Assembly (NCBI GenBank): GCA_050084515.1
Contig: CM114271.1
Coordinates: 3,100,001-3,164,000, forward strand
DNA from: Blasia pusilla
Taxonomy: Eukaryota
Direction: 5' to 3'
DNA length: 64,000 nucleotides
The notes under the pieces: model-generated
What the model was told of the DNA's origin: nothing
The model's database searches: none
What the model saw: only the letters and a program-made list of their open reading frames with translations
Shown here: positions 25,794-37,487 of the stretch, piece by piece
Position numbering within the stretch: position 1 is the stretch's first letter
Layout: every line of letters begins with the position of its first letter
Translations under genes and position numbers: made by a program

Positions 25794-27212
25794 CTCAAAG
25801 AACTAGAGTAGATCGATGGTAGCTTCGATTGGGGATCAGTAGGATCTGGTTAGGGCTGATTGTGTACTCAACCGTGGATATTCGTGGCTTGTGGCCTATG
25901 TTGGAGGTGGGAATCTGATGCGTATTTGGTTGGGAAAGAAGCACCTTGTTGAGAGATTTCCAACGCGCTTTAGATCGCCGGATTTCGTCAAGGGAGTTGG
26001 AAGTTATCAAGGATTGAAGATTCTAGTTCGTGTTCGACGGTTTTCTAATGTGGAGAGCTTGGAGTGCGGAAGCTCTGTTGAAGTTCATCCAAATTAGGTG
26101 AGAGGTTCTTGTTGCTACTTGTATTATGATCTCATGTGAAGCTATCTGCTTGAGTGTGTGGAGCGTTGCGGATTTCTGCGTGCATGAATCTAGGCGGAAG
26201 CGCTGTCGGATTTGCGATTCTGGAGGTGTATGGACAACAAGTTTGTCTGATTTTTAGCTCAGAGTACAGAGCTCGCTTGTAGCTGATTTTTTGTGGGGGA
26301 TAGCTATGGTGGGAAATTGAATTTTGGTCAAAAAAGATTCAATTTTGGTTGAGGATTTGTGGAGTAATTGCTGATCAAAATTTCGTGGACTTGCTCAAGG
26401 TCTGGCTATGGTGGACAGCACATGGGAGGGGCTGGTTGGTTGGTGACTTGTGTGTTGTTTTGAGGCTTCAAGGAAACTCGTGGTAGCTCGAGGCGAGTGG
26501 GCGTGAGAGGCAGAGTAAGGAGCAAGGAGCAAGCAAGCAAGCTTGCTTGCTTGGGCGTGAGGTTGTTTTTGCAGGATTTGTGATTTGAGTGTTGCATAAC
26601 TGGTCACCCATCTTTGGGCTATTCTGCCTGGAAGATGCTTAACTGCTGAGTTCTTAACTATGCCAGTGTACACACTGGTGTAGCTCATTTGGTGTTGTTC
26701 AGAGATGTGTTAGGCGCTTTATGCATCTCAGGTTTTTGGTTGATGGACCTCTAACGCATAATACGGCGTAGGCTCTCCATGCAGATGATATTTTCAGCTG
26801 CTACGAGTCCGACTAGCACGTCATCGACTCGCGGCGGAGTAGCTATTGCGTTAGAATTGTGTGGTGGGTTATGTGGATTCAGGGGGCGCCACCTTTGGTG
26901 GATTGTGTTACCTTGATTTCCATTTGCGATTGGAGGATTGTCGTTGGACTTCCTGTGTTTGGATCCCCTCCATCGTTGCTTCTTGCTTGCGCGCCCATTG
27001 TTAGGGTTGACGTTGATTTCCATAGTAGTGTTACTCCTGTGTGCTACGGGTAGTGAGGCTGGAGTGATGACCAATAGACCGTGGGAGGCTTCTTGTGGTG
27101 ATGACAGGTTAGGTTGCCTACACCCATAGCTAGTAGAGCTAGAATTGTACAGCGACATCGACGTCACTTGGTTACTTAGTGGTGGTAATTCGGTGGTGGT
27201 GCGGCATCAGCG

Positions 27213-30200
27213 TTGGTCATCACAGAGCTGTCTGGTGGTCTGGTTGGAGACCGTGGTGTGGACAGTGGTGGTTTCACACGGAATGGATTGAGGTATCGGC
27301 TACCTTTTCCACTTCCGACGGTTGATGAAGAGGAGGACGAGGGTGTTCCAAACACCGAGTCTTCCACGTTGTTATCAAGTGTTGCAACTCCATTGATTTG
27401 GGACATGGACGGGATATATGGGGCCATGAAGGTCCCACGATAATACTCGGGTGCATTGGGCACCATTGAGTTGGAGGACTTCATGCAGGAGTTTGATACG
27501 TGATGTGATATGCAGATGTTGTGGAACGCCACGTTGTTTACACCCTTCTTGGCTTGGAAGGGGTTGTTTCAGCATTTGGAGGGACCACCCATGGATGATT
27601 ACCATGAGTTTAGGAAGGACCATGTTGCTGAGATTGAGGCGTGGAGACAATATTGGTGTCCAGGCTATGTGTCTATCACCCATGGTGGTATTGGTAGTAG
27701 TGCTCCTACTATGCCAGCCAGCCCGACGTTGAGTGGTACGAGTACGAGCCGGAGTGGGGGTACCAGTGGAGGTACTCATGGAGGTACCAGTGGGGGTACT
27801 AGTGCCCCACCATCATTCACCCCGGTTGTAGAGTTCTTCAAGAGGTTGAAAAAGAACTATCAGGGAGTGAAGACAAAGAAGTTGACGAGTCTTCAGAAAT
27901 TTGAGCAAAAGACTGGTGAGAGTCTTCGTAAGGCATACACTCGTATGCGACGCTTGATTTCAGTTACCCATGGTGTGACTGAGGCTCAGGAAATCCAGTT
28001 TTGGTATGGGATCTTGGATAGAGAGTTGCCCCGCACGGTACGTGATGCTACTCTTATGAGTGATGATTCACCCACATTGACCCATGTGTTTGCTCTATCT
28101 GAGAAGATTGAGCTTAACATGGTGAAGGAGAGAGTGGTGACATCCACATTCAGTTGGGATATAACGACTACTTCTCGTGTTCAGCAGCCCACCTCACAGT
28201 CTTGTAGTAGTGGTGGTGGTAGTAGTAGTGGGAGTCGTGGGGGGTACACACGACCTCAGTCAGGTCCTAGAGGGACACTTGCGTAGAGACCATTGCCTTC
28301 ATTTGCTGCCCCGCAGCAAGGACAGTCATGTTGGAGATGTGGAGGTGATCATGTTAGGAGGTTTTGTCCCCAAGAGGATGGGAGACGGACTTTGGAGGAT
28401 GGGCCTCAGTCAGCCCCAACTCAATGTGATCATTGCGGGAGACCAGGTCATCCTCGAGAGCGTTGCTTTGATCTTCATCCAGAGTTGAGATCATGCCGCG
28501 GCCGTGGTGGAGTAGCTTCGAGAGGCCGAGGTGGTAGGGGTGGTAGAGGTGGATCTGTGGTTGGAGAGCCTACGGTGGCTACCCCTACCACTTCGACAGA
28601 GTCAGCTATGGCTGCCATGATTGAGCAGTTGGAGTAGAAGTTGGCTACTATGGCTGGTATCCAGCATAGATCAGGTTTGGGAGTAGGGGCTTCCACCTCT
28701 TATGGAGGGGATGATCTCTCTTATATGGCGAGTGCAGTACAGGTTGAGGCATCAGTTGGAGTTACGAGAGGAGTCACTCGAGCGTCAGAGCCACGTGGTG
28801 CTACTGTGGAGTTGGACCCACAGAGGAATGAGGTTGGGAGGCAAGCTAGGCTTCCCCAGTCATTCTTGTTGTCTGAGGTGCTTAGGACTCCATCCATGGT
28901 TCCTACACAGCCTATTGAGCCGACAGTGGGGAATGAGGCATCTACATCGCGTGTAGTAGACACGGATGCAGCATCCAGTGTAGTATTGCGGATGGCAACT
29001 TCAATGTTGGGATCCCCATTTTTTTCGGCCACGGAGCTGATGGCTTTAGGAGTTGACTTAGCTCCCGTATTTCAGCTAGCAGCCACGTTGTGTGAACGTG
29101 GGGATGTTACTGCTACACGTGATGAGGTGGATAAGGGTATTGCGGTGGAGCGACCCTCTATGTCAGGAGTAGCATGGAGTACCAGTGCTACTTGGCAGGA
29201 AGCAGCGGCGAAGATGGATGCATTACCAGCCCGGCCTACCATTGATCGTGAGAGGCTTACACCTGGTGTATGTATGTTGGACAACCGGAGTGGGATATTC
29301 TGATTGGTGAGTCCTACAGGACATGTGTATAGACCAGATAGAGTCTTGTTAGACTCTGGTGCCCAACCTTTGATGTTGGGAAAGGCGGCATGTATTGGTT
29401 TGGGTATTCGGAGGTTAGAGCTTGAGCCTTGCCCATTCCAAATTCAAACATCACTTGGAGGAGCCAATGATAGGTCTCAATTCATGACACCGGAGAAGTT
29501 TTCTGTGCCGTTAAGACTAGATCATGTGGCTGATAGCTCCCGGTTGGGAGTACCTGCAATGGTCACATCAGCCGAGTCGTATGATGTAGTAGTTGGAGGA
29601 GCAGTATTGTATCCAATGGGTTTTCAGATGGATTATTGGACTAAGATAGCGTCTTATAGACCTGGTTGGCAGTCCGGGGATGGACGTATGAGCCAAGTTC
29701 TTGTGAGATTTATTTATGGGGCTCGACCAGGAGGGTCTTCCCCAACGGTGTTAGCATCTGTGGCTGGTTTTAGTAGAGAAGTCACTTGGCCATGAGACTT
29801 TTTGGAGGGTATTGTTTCTACTATGGATTCTCCTATGCATGAGGAGGTAGAGGAGGTCCCTAGTTTTGCAGCAGTGGCATCCTCATTGTTTGATGTGCCA
29901 CTTGGGAGTTCAGGCGGTGCACTACGGCAGGAGGCTGATCGCCTAGTGCAGGAGGCTTGGTGTGAGGTTGTTATACCTCACGAGGAAGAGGACGCCCCAC
30001 ATCGGACTCCTACTTCTAATCCATTTGGGTTATCCCCTTTGGATACTACACCCATTGTATGGCAGTATTTGCCGGAGGGCATTTGTGTGTTAGATCTCTT
30101 TTGTGGGATTAGCACTGGTTTGGCTGCATTGTTGCAAACCGGTATTCGTGTGCGGAGATACGTGTATGTGGAGCAAGATGAGATGGCCCATAGAGTCTCA

Positions 30201-33200
30201 TCCCGACATATTGGTCAGTTGATGCGGAAATATCCTAAGTTGTTGCCGCCATCAGCTATTCGTGGGTACCAGCGTGCTTTGCCGTCACACATTGCATTGT
30301 TGGGGGCGCATGACCTTGAGAGGGTTAGTCTTGTGGATTTGGTGATTGTTGGATGGCCATGTCAGGGTTATACACGTGTTGGTTGTGGTGAGGGATTACA
30401 CAACCCTAGGTCTCAATTGTTTTGGGAGATGTTGCGGGTGTTACGACATCTTCAGGTTCATCAGGCACGTGCTCCAACTTACATTCTGGAGAATGTTCCA
30501 TTGTTGGGTGACACTCGGACCCGGATGATGGCGAGTGTTCATGAGGTGTGGTCTTGGATTGGACCAGCGGTGTTGTTGGATGCAACGCAAGTTGGCTCGC
30601 GTGCACATCGTCCACGCTTGTGGTGGACAAACTTGTTGCCTAGGGAGGTTCTAAGTTGAGCGTATGATGCAGTACAGCGGGATCCTTTCCTTACAGTGGA
30701 TAGTATCTTGGATACTCGGCGACTTTCTCAGGTGGTGAGGGTTATTGATCGGTCATCCATGGCAGTGGTGAACCGTGTGGGCCAGCCTAGGATGGCACTA
30801 CCCACATTTGTGAGTATTCCCTCGTCATATGCCTACAGGGAAGGTGGTCCCGGGCTTGTATGGGATTCTCATATGCGACAGTTGGTGGAGCCTAACGCTG
30901 ATGAGAGAGAGCGTATGATGGGATTTGCTACTGGTGTGACAGCGGTTGCACCCATTTCTGAGGCTTCACGACGTCATGTGTTGGGTCAGGCCATGGATCT
31001 GAATTGTTTGACTTGGATTTTGAGTCTTGGTATGGCCGAGCATCGTCGACTTCGGACTATGTCTGTGGGTCTTCCACCCCTTATAATGAGCCCTATGGCT
31101 ACCGGGACAGTAGAGGCATCGGCTGGGGGCGAGGAGAGTAGTATTTTGCATCCTTGAAGTAAATGGGATGTAATGGCTAGGCATGTGGAGTTGGTTGCTC
31201 ATGCTGGTGGAGGAGTTATTTGCTCACGTGATGGTGTAGCTAAGGGTGTACTATCTTGTGAGGGGATTGCGTAGCAGCCAATAGCATCATCCTCTCTCTC
31301 TAATGTGCCAGTGGAGGAGACTTGGGAGCCATTACTTGGGCCCAAGCTTACGGGAGGTGAGAAACGACGCTTGACAAAGTTCCTACGTGCTTATAGGAGT
31401 TGTTTTGCCTTTAGCATGAAGGAGTTGTGTGCTTTGGTTGGACCCGGTATACGGATTGATTTGGCTAGTGATACGCCAATCTTCCGTCATCCCTATCGAT
31501 ATAGTGATATGGAGAGGGACCTCATTCAGAGTAGGACATTGGACCTTTTGGAAGCTGGATTAGTGGAGTTGTTGCATGGAGAGTATGCATCAGCCACTGT
31601 CATGCTTGCTAAAAAGGATGTGCATGGCTACTACACGGATAGGCGGATGTGTGGAAATTACCGTCTTATCAATCCGCAGACCAAGGCTGATAGGTATGCC
31701 ATGCCTACACTTGAGGAGATCTTTGATGTGGTGGGACAGGCAAAGATTTTCAGTACTTTGGATCTTCGGGCGGGATACCATCAGTTGCCGATTCGAGAGA
31801 GTGACAAGGCCAAGACAACATTTTTGGGTGTCAACTCTCATGGCAAGGATTGTTTGTACCAATGGAAATTCTTACCCTTTGGGTTGAAGAATGCACCTGC
31901 CGAGTTTCATAGAGTGATGGACAGGATCCTAGCAGGGTTAGATTTTTTCGGTGTTACATTGATGATATCTTGGTGTTCAGTAACACGGTGGAGGAGCATT
32001 AGATACATTTGCAGATTGTGTTTGAGCGGTTGAAAGCTCATGGTCTACGTTTGCATCCAGGAAAGTGTAAGTTCTTCCATGAGGATGTTGAGTACTTGGG
32101 TCGTGTGATCTATCCAAGTGGTTTGGGAGTTCAGCAAGCAAAGATGGAAGCTATTGCACTTATTCCTCGTCCGGTAGATGTGAGTAGAGTTCGGGCATTC
32201 ATGGGATTGGCGAACTACTATCAGAGGTATGTGAAGGGATTTAGTGCTATGGCAAAGCCTTTGAACCAATTGTTGAAATCAGATCAGAAGTGGCACTAGG
32301 GAGATGATCAGGAGAGAGCTTTTGTGGAGCTCAAGGCCCAGTTGGTGGCGGCGCCTATCTTGAGGAGACCTATCAAAGGACGCCCATTTCAGTTACACAA
32401 TGATTGGAATAGGTTGGTACTTGGAGCGGTGTTGACACAACATGATGATGAGCACATGGAGTTTATGGTGGCCTATGCAAGTCGTTCGAATAATGCAGCG
32501 GAGTCGCGCTATAGTTCATATGAGGGAGAGTGCTTGGCAGTAGTGTGGGTTGTGGCACACCTTAGGTGTTACTTGTTTGGCACACAGTTTACCCTTGTTA
32601 CTGATCACCACCCGCTCAAGTGGTTGATGGAGTCTGACAAGCTTGCAGGGAAGCTTGCACGGTGGGCTCTTATTTTACAGGAGTATGACTTCCAGGTGGT
32701 ACATAAACTTGGAGTTGCCAACCTTGATGCTGATGGGTTGAGTAGGAACCCATGTACTAGCCAAGAGGATGCAACTTGGGCTAGATGGCATGGCGAGGTT
32801 GATGAGGAGATGGTGCCAGGTTGGCATGCATCCGCCTTTTTATGTTGGTTAGGGGTGGACTCTAGTATGGAGGACCACATGACATCTTACTCTAGCCAGA
32901 GGGTAGATGGCCAGCCTTCAGATCCTAAGGTTGGAGATGGTGGTATGGATCAGCGTGATATTCATGATGATGCGTTGATGTTGGAGTTCCTATGGACCAG
33001 TAGGGTGCCAGGCATAGTGAGTGCTAAGGAGCGAGACCGTATTCTTCAATGTGCTAAGAGGTATCACTCGGAGGGAACACATATTCTCCATGTGTGGGAG
33101 GATGGTAGAGTACGAGTAGTGCCCCATTTGGCTCAGAGAGAGCGCATTGTGCGACATGGCCATGAGGAGTTGGGACATTTTGGGGTGAAGCGTACGTATA

Positions 33201-34403
33201 ACTTACTCCTTGGTCAGTATTGGTGGCGTGGCATGCATACTCAGGTGCAGCAGTTGGTGTCACATTGTATGGTTTGTGACCGGGTGAGGGCATCATTCAA
33301 TGCCCCTACACCACAGTTACACCCCTTGCCTATTATGGGGTTGGATTACCGTTGGAGTGTGGACTTTGCGGGACCTTTATCGTTGACTGTACGACATCAT
33401 CGATATGTGTTGGTGATGGTGGAGCACTTCTCTAAGTGGATTGAGTTGGTGGCATTACTTGACAAGGCAAGTGAGGGAACGGCGTATGCGTTTCTTGATA
33501 GAGTGCTTAGTCATTTTGGTGCACCACCAAGTGAAGTCGATCGACGACCAGGGTCTGAGTTTGGGGGGTAAGTTTCAGGTCTTGTGTGACAAGGCGTTGA
33601 TTGATCATCGAACCATGTCTCAAGATCATCTAGAGGCGGATGGTTTGGTTGAGCATGTGATTCAGACGGTGAAGAGGGCATTGCGCAAGTATGGCCTACA
33701 AAAGGGGCATCTTGGAGACTGGAATATTCAGTTGTCATGGTTAGCCATGGGGTATAGGTTTAGTCGCCAAGCATCCTTGGCTTCCTTCTCACCTTATTTT
33801 CCGTTATACGGCCGAGATCCAGACTTGCCAGCATCAATTTATCGGGAGTCTAGTGAGGTGGTGAACCTTGATGACCCAGAGATGTGGATGAGAGTGTGTT
33901 CTCAGCGGGCAGAGTTCTTTCGGAGAGTTATGCCAACAGCCTTTGAGAATCTTGCCATTGCTCAACAGAGGGATACGTTACGGTATGCAACTATTCAGGG
34001 AAGAGGTTATCGACCATCGATTCGTAGGTTCCATGTGGGGGACTATGTCTATTTGTAACAGATTGCACCGACAATGTTGGATGTGACGGCAAGACGCACT
34101 ATTTTACGAGTGCGAGAGGTGTTAGCTTCTGGAGTTCTCATGTTGGAGGGTCGTGATGGAGTTGTTTGGAAGGACCATGTGCGTAATCGTGCGTCATGTC
34201 ATCTTCCAAATGTGGATGGTACTGTTGACCCAAGCTTAGCCATGATACGTGCTAGCTTGAGATGCATGTTGAGTGGGTCTGCTGGTAACGCAGCCCGTAT
34301 GTCGGTGTGTGATCGGTGTTCTAGGGGTTGGCACATGATGTGTTTGACTCCACATATGGATGTTGTTCCTACTGGAAGGTGGGTTTGTCCTCGATGTACT
34401 TAG
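27213..34403 (+). pseudogene. G2 gag-pol polyprotein with embedded methyltransferase
   Basis: Gag with two knuckles (28293-28637); protease VLLDSGAQPL (~29340); MTase (30060-31050); RT (FSTLDLRAGYHQL, LPFGLKNAP); RNase H (SSYEGECLAVVW); integrase (H-H-C-C, WSVDFAGPL); PHD. About 11 single stops and 2 frameshifts. Confidence 0.95.
30060..31050 (+). CDS. DNMT3-like C5 cytosine methyltransferase domain of G2 (catalytic PCQ intact; one internal TGA at 30657)
   Basis: VLDLFCGISTGL (I), YVYVEQD (II), DLVIVGWPCQG (IV, 30357-30365), YILENVP (VI), SRAHRPRLWWTNLLP (VIII), ERERMMGFATGVT (IX), RRHVLGQAMDL (X). Confidence 0.92.
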
Positions 34404-34576
34404 GAGAGGTAGATGAATTGATCTTTGCATTATATGGATTACGGATGTGCGAGTAACGATGGGGCAACCTAGCACCCGGCCTTCTGATTCGTGCACCCAC
34501 GAAGGTGTATAGCATGTAGTAGATGTATAGGGCTATCTAGGAGTTAGAGGGACCTAACCGCCAGTTAGGGGGACGA

Positions 34577-35158
34577 GTTGTGGTACACTTGTGTTTGTGT
34601 ATGCTCTCGTCTATGTTATGTATGTATGTGAATATGGTCTGTCAGCGATGTACGTTGTATGACGATGTGGATTCGCATGACAACTATCATGACCATACGG
34701 ATAATTTTGTAGAGTATAGTGTGCTAGTAGAGGCCATACCTTGTGTAGGGCCATAGTGTCTAGGTAGAGATGCGGTTTCATACATAGGGTTGGGAGTTAC
34801 TCAGTTGAGGGTGACTTTTCCAGTAGGGCCCGCTCTTAGGTTGGAGGATATAGTGTGGAGTGCACTCAAAGCACAGTTAATTCTTTGAGTTGAGCCTGTT
34901 GCGTTGGGAGTAAGCCTTGGTAGTGAGTAGAGCTCTTGGCTATGGTGGTTCCTACAAGCTTCGACCTGGATTCTCCCATCGTGGAGTGGGTTTGGCTCGA
35001 TTGTATATGATTCTATATGTATTTTATGACAATAGGTTTTTCACGGATTTCAGTTGTGGTACACTTGTGTTTGTGTATGCTCTCGTCTATGTTATGTATG
35101 TATGTGAGTATGGTATGTCAGCGATGTATGTTGTATGACGATGTGGATTCGCACGACA
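34577..35158 (+). repeat. G2 3' terminal block B1(34577-34682)-AC-A2(34685-35052)-B2(35053-35158)
   Basis: B1 and B2 are 106-bp direct repeats. A2 matches A1. Purine tract AGGGGGACGAG lies just before B1. Confidence 0.95.
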
Positions 35159-37487
35159 GGATCTCTTTGACTCAATTGAACGCTTTATCCACTTCCTCGG
35201 TCTATGTAGTGTTGGAAAACTTTGTGGTCCAATCCGTGAGAGGTTTCACTATTCCCGAAAATTTCTTCACGTATGTCCGCTAAAACTGGACCGCTCTGAT
35301 GAACCTCCCCATCCCCTTCATAGTGGAAGGCGGTTCCCATTCGGCAATTGTGCTTACCTTTTCCATCTCTGGACTCGTTCCATTTGCGCTAACCACATGC
35401 CCCAAGAACTTGATCTTCGTCAAACCAAACTCACTCTTATCCGCATTTGCATATAGCTTGTTCGCCCTGAGTTTCTCAAACACTGTCTTCAAATGTTGAG
35501 CGTGCTCCTCTAGTGTTTTCGAATAGATGATTATGTCATAAATATAGATGATCACAAACTCATCCGTTTCCTTATGAAAGATGGAGTTCATCAAAGTAGT
35601 GAACGTTGGAGGCGCATTACAAAGACCGAAAGGCATTATCACAAACTTGAACGAACCGTATCTCGTTCTACACGCATACTTCTCTACATCCGCTTCGGTA
35701 ATCCGAATCTGATAATATCCTGATTTCAGGTCAATCCGGCTGAAATACTTGGCACGTGCCAATCGATCAAAGAGTTCATCCATCCTTGGGAGAGGATAGT
35801 TGTTCCTTACCGTCACTTTATTCAGCGCCCGGTAATCAACACAGAGTCTCAACTTCCCATCCTTCTTCTTCACAAAGAGGACGGGCGCCCCACTAGGTGG
35901 CTTGCTAGTTCGGATGTAACCCCTCTCTAGGAGTTCACCCAACTTTTTCTTCAACTCAGCAGGTTCCTCTTGATTCAACTTATATGGTGCTTTTGAAGGT
36001 GGTTGAGATCCGGGTATCACCTCAATCTTATGATCAGCCGCCCTATGTGGTGGCAACTCAGTCGGAAACTCCTTAGTCAACACATCTCCAAATTCTTTCA
36101 CAACTCTCTTGAGTGTTTCAAGGATTCCCCTTGAAGCTGAGTTCTGATCTTTGCATCACGCTCACCCCCATTCCAAACCCTCTTGGATGTCCCTGTGTTT
36201 TTTGGTAACTTAGAAAAACTTTTTGGCTCAAAGGTTTTCTGATGTTGGACTTCATCGTCCCCAATCCGCTATGCTAGCTTCAGAAGATCCGCGCACGTCT
36301 CTAGGATGTGAGGCATACGAAAGAGGGACTTTTCGGCGCTCGGTTTGAGTCCACTTAAGAAGATCACCTTTTTCGTATGTTCATCCGTGGAAAGTGCACT
36401 CATGAGTGCACTAAACTCTCGCACATAAGCGCCAAGGGATCCGCTCTGGCGGAACCTCACAACCTCCATGCCATCGCGATACTCCTGATATTCTGGAGTG
36501 AATCGGTTCCCAATCAACTCCTTAAAATCTTCCCAGCTCAACATTTTCCCACGGCCTAGATCTTCTTTATGGTGAGCCTTCCACCAATTGAGAGCGTGAT
36601 CCTTCAGATCCACTACCGCTACAGTCACCTTGTCTTGTTCATCTCCCTTTTTTGCTTTGAAATAAAGTTCGAGTTCCGTTAGAAACTTGCTCACTTTCCG
36701 AGAACGCCCCATTCCTGTGAATGGCGTTGGAAAATTTCTTACAAAGCTTCTTGCCGGAACTAGAGGCTCCATTTGACTTGAATTCCATTATCACCTTGCT
36801 CTGTTCGGCCATCTGATCCGCCATCACCTTCATCAATCCCATCATTTGGATATAAAAGGCCGGATCGATTGAGTTTGGAACTGAAGGTCCCGCGGAAAGA
36901 TTTTCGGTTGAAACATCCTCATGTCTGGGACTCGGCACTTCGAGAGTCGCAATTTCCATCTCTGGCTCTCGGTCCGTCATTGATTCGTCTCTTGGCTTTT
37001 TTGCTTTGACTCGCGGTTTCCTCGGTTCTTCGCCCTTGGTCGCCATTCGCGAGTCTTCACTTTCTCATATCTCCTCCTCGCCTCTTGTGTTCCTCCTCAG
37101 ACGTCGCGATATTTTGGCTACCTTGAGTTCTCCCCAAACGTCCACATCTTCTACGACCCCAATTTCACGCTCATCAAGGATTAGCTCTGACACCACGTGT
37201 CGTGCGCCTACTCTCCTTGAACGCTAATCTTGTTGTTGCGGAAGCGTACGTTCAGTAGGTCACGCTCTCAACGCTGATCTGCATCCAAACACGCACTCTG
37301 GTTAGTCAGGTCTTGGATCAATCAGCCGGATAACTTTCCAAGTTCTCCTCTCGGACTCTCATCAAGCTCACCCTTCCTAGTTTCGCAGTTTACAACACGG
37401 GTAAGTCTCGAAAGACTTGGGACAAACTTTCTGGTCGGTTCAGGAACCTGAAATCGCGTTTCGCGCCTGGTTATGAGGGTCACGATA

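Larger units (their letters stand above)
25426..35158 (+). mobile_element. G2: full-length Gypsy-DNMT-PHD retroelement with A-[gag-PR-DNMT-RT-RH-IN-PHD]-B-A-B ends and 4-bp TSD GGAT
   Basis: Starts TGTCATG, ends CACGACA. GGAT at 25422-25425 and 35159-35162; removing the element restores chromovirus KEILSQEP. ORF blocks 27213-32033 share one frame. Confidence 0.95.
22063..37487 (-). mobile_element. Ty3/Gypsy chromovirus (gag, RT, RNase H, integrase, chromodomain), interrupted by G2
   Basis: 5' LTR 37198-37487 (internally deleted); PBS TGGTGTCAGAGC 37184-37195; gag 36269-37046; RT 35280-36101 (LCVDYRALN, MPFGLCNAP); RNase H VHTDASDFAIG 25144-25425; integrase 23800-25100; chromodomain; PPT GGAGGGGTGAG 22832-22842; 3' LTR starts TGTCGCGACC at 22831. 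Confidence 0.9.

Noticed and set aside
29802-31157. Host DNMT3 gene or bacterial restriction-modification methylase
   Set aside because: Intronless, in frame with Gag-Pol, and at the same position in three retroelements; no cognate endonuclease nearby.
25426-35158. DIRS/PAT/Ngaro tyrosine-recombinase element, suggested by the split repeats and a methyltransferase
   Set aside because: It encodes an aspartic protease and an rve DDE integrase, makes a TSD, and shows no RHRY recombinase ORF; the MTase is C5-type.
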